From Nitrospinaceae bacterium (GTDB lineage: Bacteria > Nitrospinota > Nitrospinia > Nitrospinales > VA-1), in contig JAESTE010000006.1 in the NCBI GenBank assembly GCA_016763735.1, positions 778 to 64,777 of the forward strand: DNA of 64,000 nucleotides, in the 5' to 3' direction. Positions 45,198 to 53,051 of this stretch are shown here, piece by piece. The notes below the pieces were generated by a model, which ran no database searches, was not told the origin of the DNA, and worked only from the letters and a program-made list of their open reading frames with translations. The number at the start of each line of letters is the position of its first letter. Position 1 is the stretch's first letter. The translations under genes and the position numbers were made by a program.

Positions 45198-46813
45198 CAG
45201 TGAACGTGCGAGTCGTATCGTCGGTTCTTGGTGCGTTTCACAGTGCGCAAGTTGGGGTCGGTAACAGTCTCAGCAGGGCGTTTGCGCACCTGGGGATTGA
45301 ACGCGTCGCGCTCGAACTCGTCCTCCTCTTCCACCTCCTCCTTGGACTTGTTGTAGTCATGGGTCTTGCGACGTGCCACGGGTTTGGGTACCTTGCCGTT
45401 GGCGGGGGCGTACGACGCGGCACGCTTGTAGTCAGGGCGGGCACCCAGCATACTCGCGTTGGGAGGGAACAGAGGGGTGCTGGCCGGCGCAGTGAGACCC
45501 GGTGCCGCGGCCCGGGGCGGTGCAGACAAGGGGTGCACCATGACAGCGTTGCGGGTGAAGGCGTCGAACGTCATGTCGAAGCGCTTGGGGTCGTTCCATT
45601 CCAAGGTCCAATACTGCAGGTTGAAGCAGATGGCGTTGTAGGCTTTGCGCAACATCTCGCTGCGGGGTACACCCGGACGCAGACCTTTGTGTTCGCTGGT
45701 CTCCCACAGCCGCTCCAGCGACGCCAAGACCAGTCGTCTGCCACTCTTCTCGCTGCTGTCGGGGACGGACGTGTTGTACCCCCACTTCTTGCCGTACACA
45801 AAGCGCACGATGTTGACGAAGCGGCTGATGGAGACCTGGATGTTGCCGAGTCGTCGGCGTACAGGGGCGACCCGTTGGTACTCTTCAAAGATCTCGAACA
45901 ATTTGTCACAACCGAACCCGTGCAAGATCTCCTTCTTCACCACGTAGTCTGTGCCGCACATCACCACCATGGCCATGAACTCGTAGATGGTGATGCCGCG
46001 TTTCTTGGTGAGGTGGGTATGGATGGTGCCAATGTCGCAACGCCACTCCTGCCAGTAGCGCAGCGTGATCTTGGGGCGGCGTTGGAGGGGCATGCAATCG
46101 TACACATGCAGGAGGATGGGCATGAGGTCTGAGTCGATGCTGCGCACCACAATGTGCTCCTTGGCGTGGGACACACGGTTGACCCAGTAGGGGATCTTGA
46201 GGTCGGCTTCTCCAAAGTGGTTGTCGGGGGTCGACAGTAGGGTACGCCCCTCGTCTGTGAAGACGTAGGCGCCTTCCTCGAAGTGATCGAAGACCAGGCG
46301 GCATCCATGAGGCACCGCCAGCTTGTGGTCTTGCCACGCATCGATGACGTAGCGCCACAGCGCCGACCTCAGTACTCGGTTGGACATGACACACCGTATG
46401 TCCATGCGGGTGGGTTCAGATTCCACTCCTGTGCCACTGTCTGGTAGGCACACGCCCACGTCGCTGAACTCAATGTCGACGGGGTAGGGTTTCACGTCGG
46501 GGTCTCTGTTGTTGTCCCTGTTCTTCTGCTCCACGGCCTTCTCGCGTGGCACCCACTTCTGCAGGTCGCAGCACAGGATGACGGTCACCACGGCTCCTGA
46601 TTCGAACATCACCCGGGCCTGGCTGTAGACAAAGTCGCAGATCTCCTTGCCCGAGAAGGTGAAGTCTCCTTGAGGTCCTCGGGCCCGGATCACGTCTGTG
46701 AGGAGGTCAGAGATCATGACTCCACGTCGTTGGTGCGACGCCGTCTGCGAGAAGGCGTTGGGGCACCACTTGGGGCCCCTCATCATCTTGCGGATTTTAG
46801 TGTCGATTCCCAT
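45197..46813 (-). CDS. FEN1/XPG-family (flap/5'-3') nuclease-like protein
   Basis: MGI... N-terminus in cgaccATGg context. Acidic N-domain (VILCCDLQ). FGEADLKIPYWV...HIVVRSIDSDLMPILL fits the XPG-I motif (EAExx...DSD). FMAMVVMCGTDYVVKKEILHGFG fits the H3TH motif (GxDY..i.GiG). Basic C-terminal tail. Confidence 0.7.
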   Translation of the reverse strand: MGIDTKIRKMMRGPKWCPNAFSQTASHQRRGVMISDLLTDVIRARGPQGDFTFSGKEICDFVYSQARVMFESGAVVTVILCCDLQKWVPREKAVEQKNRDNNRDPDVKPYPVDIEFSDVGVCLPDSGTGVESEPTRMDIRCVMSNRVLRSALWRYVIDAWQDHKLAVPHGCRLVFDHFEEGAYVFTDEGRTLLSTPDNHFGEADLKIPYWVNRVSHAKEHIVVRSIDSDLMPILLHVYDCMPLQRRPKITLRYWQEWRCDIGTIHTHLTKKRGITIYEFMAMVVMCGTDYVVKKEILHGFGCDKLFEIFEEYQRVAPVRRRLGNIQVSISRFVNIVRFVYGKKWGYNTSVPDSSEKSGRRLVLASLERLWETSEHKGLRPGVPRSEMLRKAYNAICFNLQYWTLEWNDPKRFDMTFDAFTRNAVMVHPLSAPPRAAAPGLTAPASTPLFPPNASMLGARPDYKRAASYAPANGKVPKPVARRKTHDYNKSKEEVEEEDEFERDAFNPQVRKRPAETVTDPNLRTVKRTKNRRYDSHVH

Positions 46814-46898
46814 GGTCGACTATGAGAAGTTACACTCAGGTCACAGAGAGTCCTGTGTGACTGTCAAGTATCCTGAGCCTGACCTGTGTGTCGTCAGC

Positions 46899-47918
46899 AT
46901 GGACCCGAACACGCAAGATACCGACCCGGCGTCCCGTGCCCAGCGCAAGGCAGACCGGGCCGCGGTGCGTGCGCTTCGACGCCTCAAGCTAGAGGAGAGG
47001 GCACGCAAGAAGCGCAAGAAAGCAGTCAAGGTGTCGACTCCTGCGCCTCTTCCGCTCCCGGTGTCGACTCCGCCAGAATCGACAGTTTACCCCGGTGAAC
47101 TCCCTGACTACTGGGCCGGACGTCGGGCAGCGGTGCGTGCACACCTCGAAGCCACGCGAGTCCCGGGCTTTGTCCCCCCTTTCAAAAGAGTGTGGCATAT
47201 CCCGGGGTACTGGCGCAAGGCCTGCGTCCTGTTCCGCACCTGGTACATCACCAAGTGGTGTGAGTCAGACGCGGCGAAACGGTTTCGTTTGATGTCTGGT
47301 GCAGTGTCACGACGTCTGAGTCACGCTCAAGACACCCTACCGGTGAACTTCCGCTGGGTGCAGTTGCTCTGCAACTACCAGGACCCCGAGGTCGGAGACT
47401 CTTTGGTGTGGAATTGGGCTCAGCAACTGACTCAAGTGGAGACATCTGAGCAACTGCAACACGCTCTGGACCACACCCCGCACCTGACAGGTGGACTACT
47501 CAAGGCTGTGCTGTTGGCTGCGCTGTGTGACACCACGGCCAAGACCCTGTTGAAGAACTCCATCGCTCCGTGTCGTGTGGGACTGGGCACCTTGCCGCGC
47601 AACACCAAGAAAGCGAGCAAGGCTGTGCGTCAGCAACATGAAGAGGATGCCACCTACGCCGGGTTCTCGCCGACCTCCCAGCAGGCTGTACCTGCCAGAC
47701 TGCCTCGCGCCCCCGCAGCCCGAGGTGGTCGCACCGTCGTCGCCAAGAAGAGGAAGAGGGTCGGGGGAGGTGGCCATGGCCATACAGGGAATGGACGGGC
47801 TGCTGACCACGGACGGGACAGTGTTGGGGTCCGACGCAAGGTCCATGCCTCTGGCCGAGACTCGGGAGTCGGTGGAGACAGGAAGCAGTCTGGACCACGC
47901 CCGCCTGGCCAGCTCTAA
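46899..47918 (+). CDS. hypothetical basic protein (3' end uncertain)
   Basis: The first ATG clear of the divergent nuclease gene is at 46899 (MDPNTQDTDP); an alternative ATG at 46812 overlaps the opposite-strand ATG within CCATGG. Third-position G/C is strong up to about 47690. After that the +1 frame, which carries the next gene, looks more coding. Confidence 0.4.
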   Translation: MDPNTQDTDPASRAQRKADRAAVRALRRLKLEERARKKRKKAVKVSTPAPLPLPVSTPPESTVYPGELPDYWAGRRAAVRAHLEATRVPGFVPPFKRVWHIPGYWRKACVLFRTWYITKWCESDAAKRFRLMSGAVSRRLSHAQDTLPVNFRWVQLLCNYQDPEVGDSLVWNWAQQLTQVETSEQLQHALDHTPHLTGGLLKAVLLAALCDTTAKTLLKNSIAPCRVGLGTLPRNTKKASKAVRQQHEEDATYAGFSPTSQQAVPARLPRAPAARGGRTVVAKKRKRVGGGGHGHTGNGRAADHGRDSVGVRRKVHASGRDSGVGGDRKQSGPRPPGQL

Positions 47919-48942
47919 CAAGTGGACGTACCGTGAGAAGTGGGCCTTGTACAAACTCTACCGCTCCATGTGTGCCCACTTGACTCAACGCGTACGGTTC
48001 CGTTCCCTGCGCCAACCACACACCTGCACCGCCGACTGCCACTTCTACTCTGCCCGCCGCCTCAACCGCTACTTGTCCATCTGTAGTGCGTCGGGGACCG
48101 TGCACATGTGTGGGCCCAGCCGGTGCCAGAACATCCTGCGTATGCACGACACACAGGTGTGTGGGCTGACCTCGGTGCAGATGAAGCTGGAGCATGCCCA
48201 TGCCCTGCCGGTGGGCAATTACATTACGTCGCACTGGCCTGACCACATGGCCTTGCGTGGCAGCCGCGCCTACCACAGACGACTCAGACAGAAACGCTTA
48301 GGACCTTGGGTGGTGTTGGGGCCACGTGAACTGGAGCAGCAGAAGCGACGCGAGGCCAAGGGAGGAGGACGAGTGAGGGAGGTGCGGGCGCGACGCAGCA
48401 GGTTGTCGGTGATGAGTGACCTGTCAGACAAACGCGTGACCCAGTCTCGTCTGGACAAGTTCCGGGAAACCACCAAGGCCATCCTGTTGCGCACCAAGTT
48501 CAAGCCCACCTCTGAGCAGTTGGAGGAACTGGTGCAGATGTGCGAAGACATGTGGCGGCTAGTGGTGCAGAGCAAGGCGTACCCGTTCAACAGCTTGGCG
48601 TACAGTGCCGTGTACCATTGCCTCGTGGTGTTGTACTGTGCCAGCGAGGGGCTGTGCTTGACTGTGGCCACTGACGACCCTGGAGGAGAGGGAGTGGAAC
48701 GGTTTGTGATCTTGGAACAGTCCCAGTTGCTTCACGACTACATGCCTCTGCGTAACGAGTGTGCCCCTCCGTTCGAGAGCAAGCAGCTGACAGCCATGGA
48801 GCGTCGTTTCCTGGACTGTATGTCTACGTGTTCCGCCAAGTCCATGCACGAGTACACAGATCGTGTGCGTGGGCGTGCCGGGCCCGCGTGTACGGCCTCT
48901 GCGGCCTCCAGCAGTGACACACAGATGCAACAAAGCACATGA
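47638..48942 (+). CDS. Cys/His-cluster protein, unknown function
   Basis: ATG at 47638, with an alternative at 47776. HTCTADCHFYSARRLNRYLSICSASGTVHMCGPSRCQNILRMHDTQVCG is a plausible zinc-binding cluster. Basic coiled region, then a helical C-terminal domain. Its TGA overlaps the next ATG as ATGA (48939-48942). Confidence 0.5.
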   Translation: MKRMPPTPGSRRPPSRLYLPDCLAPPQPEVVAPSSPRRGRGSGEVAMAIQGMDGLLTTDGTVLGSDARSMPLAETRESVETGSSLDHARLASSNKWTYREKWALYKLYRSMCAHLTQRVRFRSLRQPHTCTADCHFYSARRLNRYLSICSASGTVHMCGPSRCQNILRMHDTQVCGLTSVQMKLEHAHALPVGNYITSHWPDHMALRGSRAYHRRLRQKRLGPWVVLGPRELEQQKRREAKGGGRVREVRARRSRLSVMSDLSDKRVTQSRLDKFRETTKAILLRTKFKPTSEQLEELVQMCEDMWRLVVQSKAYPFNSLAYSAVYHCLVVLYCASEGLCLTVATDDPGGEGVERFVILEQSQLLHDYMPLRNECAPPFESKQLTAMERRFLDCMSTCSAKSMHEYTDRVRGRAGPACTASAASSSDTQMQQST

Positions 48943-49727
48943 AATATATGAACCTGTCTTCGCCACACTTGTGTAACGTCTCTATGGACCCGCTAAGGGA
49001 GGAGGGAGGGTTGTGTGTGCGTCGTCCCGGGACAGTAGGTCCGCCTCAGCACTACTCGTCTGCTCCCTTGGTGATCACAGCTCCCTTGTCTACGTACCCG
49101 CCTGAACAGCAGTCGCAATGGGTGCGTGTGGACTCGTTACGTGGCGTCTACACCCCGGCCGCGCAGATGCCCTTGAGGTCGTACCAGTCCACGGTGAGGT
49201 GGCGCCGACGCCGACGCAGAGGGCAGACCAAGCGTGCGTCCCCCATGTTTGCCTACCTGATGTCGTCCAAGCAACGACCGTACATTGGTTTGGCGTCCAA
49301 CCCCTTCATGCGCCTGAGGTGTCACAACAGAGAGGCCAACATGCCTTCGGGGGCCAAGTCTACCCGCAGCGGGGCGCCGCACTGGCGTATGCGTATGGTG
49401 ATTGGACCCATGTTCCGAGGCGCCGACGCGTTCCATGCGCAGTGGCGGGACGAGAGCCGTAAGTTGACGTGTCGCCTGGCGCAAGGGTGTCTCAAGGCCT
49501 TGACGTACCGACGTGACGGGCTGTGTGTGTGGGCCGATGACCCTGACGCGGTGATTCAGAACTGCCTGGACAACATGAGACGTCACCACCGGCGCCTGGA
49601 GTCCGCTCTGGCCTTCCACCGTCGTATCGCATGCCTAAGCAGCATCCCCACGCCGGCCCGCCGCCCGTCTATACTCCAAGTAGGAGAGGGGTCCCACCAC
49701 ATACACCTAACTACGAGTTCAGATTGA
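48939..49727 (+). CDS. SLX1-like GIY-YIG (URI) nuclease domain protein
   Basis: MFAYLMSSKQRPYIGLASNPFMRLRCHNRE...GAKSTRSGAPHWRMRMVIGPMF..AFHAQWR matches the SLX1 pattern FYCCYLL.S...FYVGSTPNPVRRLRQHNG...GA.RT....RPWEM..IV.GF....AL.FE.AWQ (yeast Slx1, recalled from memory). About 100 aa precede the domain. Alternative starts at 48948 and 48984. Confidence 0.7.
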   Translation: MKYMNLSSPHLCNVSMDPLREEGGLCVRRPGTVGPPQHYSSAPLVITAPLSTYPPEQQSQWVRVDSLRGVYTPAAQMPLRSYQSTVRWRRRRRRGQTKRASPMFAYLMSSKQRPYIGLASNPFMRLRCHNREANMPSGAKSTRSGAPHWRMRMVIGPMFRGADAFHAQWRDESRKLTCRLAQGCLKALTYRRDGLCVWADDPDAVIQNCLDNMRRHHRRLESALAFHRRIACLSSIPTPARRPSILQVGEGSHHIHLTTSSD

Positions 49728-49805
49728 CGAACTGTATACAAACTCCCTACGCGGCGTGAACTTTCTCATAATTGCAATGGAGCCCAAATCGAACCGGCGT
49801 AGTGA

Positions 49806-49825
49806 CACGATGTTGTTGTATCGTG
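49806..49825. other. 6-bp stem / 8-nt loop hairpin in a convergent intergenic region
   Basis: CACGAT-GTTGTTGT-ATCGTG lies within the 290-nt gap between the 3' ends of the GIY-YIG gene and the LRR gene. Confidence 0.3.
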
Positions 49826-50018
49826 AAGGGGACCCACCACGGACACGGTCTTGTGACCACAAACGGATGTTTTAGTCACGAGACCCTACGCTGTGCAAAA
49901 AATACAATCTTGTAACGGGGGGGCAGGGCCTGGCAGATTTAGCGCCGGGTAATGACAGCTGTCTTGTTGGTCCGTTTGAGGTCTGAAAGGTCTGGTTTAT
50001 GGTACACACGACGTGTGG

Positions 50019-50915
50019 TTACGTGGCGGAAACAGAATCTACATGGTTGACGTAGCCGAACACGGCGCTCTCGGGCTTGAACGTGGACCAGTCTTGCTCG
50101 GTGGGGGAGAAGAAGGGCTTGGTGGGCGGCACCACCAGCACACGGGACAGGTAGACGGTATGGGCTCCGTCGTAGATGTCTCCCTTGTGCACCAGCCACG
50201 GGTGTTTGAGTTGGGCAAACCCCCAGCGGTCGCCTACCTGCGCGGCCATCTTGGCGTGCCCCACGTGTCGCATCACCAGATGACGTAGCGCCGGCACCAT
50301 GAACAGGCCACGGTGGGCACCAGAGACCAGGTCCATGCAGTTGTACAGTTCCAGGTGTTCCACGTTGAGATGGCGCAGCGTCTCCACCAAGTGCGGCACG
50401 GTCTCGTGTGGCTGGTCTGCGCCTTGAGCCAGGCCGTGCATGTTGACGTGCAGTTCGCGCAACTGAGTCGCGCCGCGCAAGATGGTGCACACCATGGTGG
50501 TGAAGGGGAACGCACCGGCCAGGTCCAGGCGACGCAGTTGAGGCAGGTTCTCCACCACCAGTTGCAGGATCATGGGGCTCAAGACTCCGGTGATGGCCAC
50601 CGACACCACCCCTTGCAGGTCCTTGATCAGACGTCGACGCAAGTGGTCGCGGTACAGTCCCCAGGCCGTGGCTTGCCCGAACATAGAGGGAGGAGGGCGC
50701 AGTTCCAGGTGCCGGGTGCGGTTCAAGATGTCGCGGTGTTGGTTGACCAGCTGATGTGCGGTGTCGATACGGATGCTGCGCCACTCGGGGAACCTAGGCC
50801 GTGCCATGTGTTGGCAGTGTTGCATGCGTTCAGGGAACTTGGACGACGTGCTGCTCTCTGTGGCCATGAGCTGGGCCACAGACAAGTCCGTGGACATAGC
50901 GACCCGGCTCTCCAT
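50019..50915 (-). CDS. leucine-rich-repeat-like protein
   Basis: 298 aa with a true ATG. LQLVVENLPQLRRLDLAG, ATQLRELHVNMHGL, TLRHLNVEHLELYNCMDL and VPALRHLVMRHVG resemble LxxLxxLxL repeats. Confidence 0.5.
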   Translation of the reverse strand: MESRVAMSTDLSVAQLMATESSTSSKFPERMQHCQHMARPRFPEWRSIRIDTAHQLVNQHRDILNRTRHLELRPPPSMFGQATAWGLYRDHLRRRLIKDLQGVVSVAITGVLSPMILQLVVENLPQLRRLDLAGAFPFTTMVCTILRGATQLRELHVNMHGLAQGADQPHETVPHLVETLRHLNVEHLELYNCMDLVSGAHRGLFMVPALRHLVMRHVGHAKMAAQVGDRWGFAQLKHPWLVHKGDIYDGAHTVYLSRVLVVPPTKPFFSPTEQDWSTFKPESAVFGYVNHVDSVSAT

Positions 50916-50972
50916 ACTGTCTCAAGTTAACAATCAACGTGAACATGTATTCTTGTAGACAACAGAGACTCC

Positions 50973-51692
50973 TTATTCACCGGTCTGCCCCGTATAGAAC
51001 GAGGCCCCGAACCGCACTCGCAGTCCGTACAGGATGTCTGGGACACGCACAGTACGGCACCGACGGTGTTTGACCACCACAGAGGAGGCGTACGCCAGCT
51101 CGTTCGTCAGGGCTTGAAGCATGTAGACCGCGGCACGGGACACGTCACCAGAGATGAAGGTGGCGCCGGCGCGTTGGCACATGCGGAACCCGGCAGCACG
51201 GCGCCAGTTCTGCATGGGGTCAACCTTGAGGGCTCTAGACTTTTGGTGACGGCGCGGCAAAGGGACGCGCTGGCTCAACTTGCCGCTGACGCCACGAGGT
51301 TTGCCGATCTTGGCAGCCTTGGGAGACTTGGAGGATTTGGCAGGCTTGGGGGACTTGCGTGGGGAGACACTGGACTTGTGGCGGATGACGGGGTCGATGT
51401 CTTCCATCTTAGCTTCGACGTCGTCAGCGGTGAGCTCGTCCTCCTCTTCTTCCATGTCTTGGCTGGCCACGGGAGGCGCCACGTCGGGTGACTGCTCCTC
51501 GGTCACGGGAAGCTGCTTGCGTGCCTGCACTTGTTTGCGCACAGGCGCCTCCTGCTCCGAGTCGGAGTCAGAGTCTCCGTCGCTCTCGAGGGCGTCGGGG
51601 GTACGGTGTTTCTTTCCGTTCGAAAGCATGGGTTGTTTGAGTTTGTCATGGACCATGGACAACGCTTCAGCACCACGGGCAACGGCAAGCAT
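50973..51692 (-). CDS. histone H4-like histone-fold protein with long N-terminal extension
   Basis: The C-terminal 95 aa align with H4. RRHQK aligns with KRHRK. MCQRAGATFISGDVSRAAVYMLQALTNELAYASSVVVKHRRCRTVRVPDILYGLRVRFGASFYTG aligns with [65 protein letters not shown]. The N-terminal roughly 145 aa carry an acidic block (SDGDSDSDSE, MEEEEDE) and SPKK-like repeats (SPRKSPKPAKSSKSPKAAK). The track start at 51701 is GTG; the first ATG is at 51692. Confidence 0.8.
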   Translation of the reverse strand: MLAVARGAEALSMVHDKLKQPMLSNGKKHRTPDALESDGDSDSDSEQEAPVRKQVQARKQLPVTEEQSPDVAPPVASQDMEEEEDELTADDVEAKMEDIDPVIRHKSSVSPRKSPKPAKSSKSPKAAKIGKPRGVSGKLSQRVPLPRRHQKSRALKVDPMQNWRRAAGFRMCQRAGATFISGDVSRAAVYMLQALTNELAYASSVVVKHRRCRTVRVPDILYGLRVRFGASFYTGQTGE

Positions 51693-51841
51693 ATTGATCA
51701 CAGGAAGTACAACACTGATGGTATGACGACTGTCGCAGCGGTGGAGGGGTCACGGTCACCCCAGGGTCGTCAGTGAAGGTCTGGCGGTACGATCCCTGCA
51801 CCAGGCGGGACAATTACAGTATGTACAGAACCACCTGGCCG

Positions 51842-52333
51842 TTACTGGGTTCTCCTCCTCGGCATGCGTAGTTCGTCCAGTCGTTCTATGACTTCAGCAG
51901 GCAGGGAGGGATTGGGGGTGGAGCGCCGGCGTTCCTCTGCACACCGACGTACACTGAGTCCCAGCACACGGGCAGGTTTGATTGGAGAGGCCTCGATCAA
52001 TCTCTGGCTGCCTCGGCGAAGCACATGCACATCACAACGAGTCCTCTGGCGGATCCTCACCGTGGTGCCCGGGGTCAGAGGGGCCAGCCGGGCCACCAAG
52101 GCGTCAATGGGTACGAGTAGTGGATCCAGGGGTACAATCACCTTCTGACTGGACGCACTGGGTGTGTTCTCTGAGCTATCGATGGACATAACAGGCGTGT
52201 CAAGTATGGTCCGTGTGGCCGAGGCCGGGGTGTCTGCGTAAGGGTGTGTAACGGACACTGGATCAAACTGGTCTGACGGACTAGGCGCGACGGCGCCTGT
52301 CTTCTTCGGGGTTACCGACGTGCCACACCCCAT
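51842..52333 (-). CDS. small protein with MGCGTS N-terminus (predicted myristoyl/palmitoyl acylation)
   Basis: An internal ATG at 52333 of track ORF 51842..52699 gives MGCGTSVTPKK. The upstream part of that ORF overlaps the better-supported gene at 52395-52730. An AATAAA lies between the two genes. Confidence 0.45.
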   Translation of the reverse strand: MGCGTSVTPKKTGAVAPSPSDQFDPVSVTHPYADTPASATRTILDTPVMSIDSSENTPSASSQKVIVPLDPLLVPIDALVARLAPLTPGTTVRIRQRTRCDVHVLRRGSQRLIEASPIKPARVLGLSVRRCAEERRRSTPNPSLPAEVIERLDELRMPRRRTQ

Positions 52334-52394
52334 CACATACACTACGTCGTACACTTGTTTTATTTGTACATCAACGGATTGCAATGCTTGAGGG

Positions 52395-52730
52395 TCACAG
52401 TCGAGGACGCGAGGTCTGTGCAATGTCATGGAGCCACAGAGACCGGCGGCGAGAAGGTTGTCGGTCGTGTCCCTTGCCGCGTCGCATGTCAAACAGGTCC
52501 AAAGAACTGTAGCTGTCTTGGCTGGTGCTTTGCCCGGGAAGTTTCCCCTCGGGCATGCCCAGGCAGGCCACGACGTGTTGTTCGTTGAGGCCGATGCACA
52601 TGCTGCGGTGTGGACTGAGCGGAGGGATGCGGCGGGTGTGAGACGGGAGGCCACCAGGTGAGTCGCGCGGCAAGAAGCCCAAGTGTTGGGGCACGACAAT
52701 GTCTTGATCGGTAGAGAGAGTACAGCCCAT
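52395..52730 (-). CDS. small protein with MGCTLS N-terminus (predicted myristoyl/palmitoyl acylation)
   Basis: gttaccATGg at 52730 gives MGCTLSTDQD, identical in its first six residues to the dual-acylated N-terminus of G-alpha-i/o. 111 aa. Preceded by a GTCGAC promoter cluster. Confidence 0.5.
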   Translation of the reverse strand: MGCTLSTDQDIVVPQHLGFLPRDSPGGLPSHTRRIPPLSPHRSMCIGLNEQHVVACLGMPEGKLPGQSTSQDSYSSLDLFDMRRGKGHDRQPSRRRSLWLHDIAQTSRPRL

Positions 52731-52809
52731 GGTAACGCGAGAGAGAACTGAGAGTATGCCTTGGATCAAACCACCCACAAGAAGTCAACGAGGTCAAATG
52801 TCGACATCA

Positions 52810-52923
52810 AAAAGTCGACTTTGGAAGTCGACATTTAATGTTTTCTTATTACACCCTCTGTCGATGTCGACTTGGTGAAATGTCGACTTTCGAATCAACA
52901 CGGGTGAGTCGACCGGGGGGAGG
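52810..52923. promoter_or_regulatory. divergent promoter region with six GTCGAC motifs
   Basis: GTCGAC at 52810, 52824, 52837, 52876, 52892 and 52918. The region lies between the minus-strand ATG at 52730 and the plus-strand ATG at 53052. Typical units are AAGTCGACTTTGG and ATGTCGACTTGGTG. Confidence 0.55.
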
Positions 52924-53051
52924 AGATGGGATTGCATTCTCTCAAACGTCCAGCATCTTCAACTTTCCGACCTTCAGCTTGCTCGGATCACTCAACGTAG
53001 TCACCCAGTCGCAATCAACCCTCTGTGAAGTCACCAGACGTCAGCATCACC

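Noticed and set aside
47740-47790. Candidate mini-introns (GTCGGG...ATACAG of 28 nt and GTGGCC...ATACAG of 18 nt) that would join the two overlapping ORFs at 47.7 kb.
   Set aside because: They are far shorter than the 58-83-nt introns supported elsewhere in the window. They are also below the usual minimum for spliceosomal introns, and the donor sequences are poor.
49760-49850. tRNA-like signal on the minus strand. GGTTCGATT resembles a T-loop (RC of 49782-49800), next to a hairpin that could be an anticodon arm.
   Set aside because: The T-stem pairs poorly (GCCGG versus TGGGC). The hairpin has a 6-bp stem and an 8-nt loop instead of 5 bp and 7 nt. No acceptor stem or D-arm could be built. 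I kept only the hairpin as a feature.
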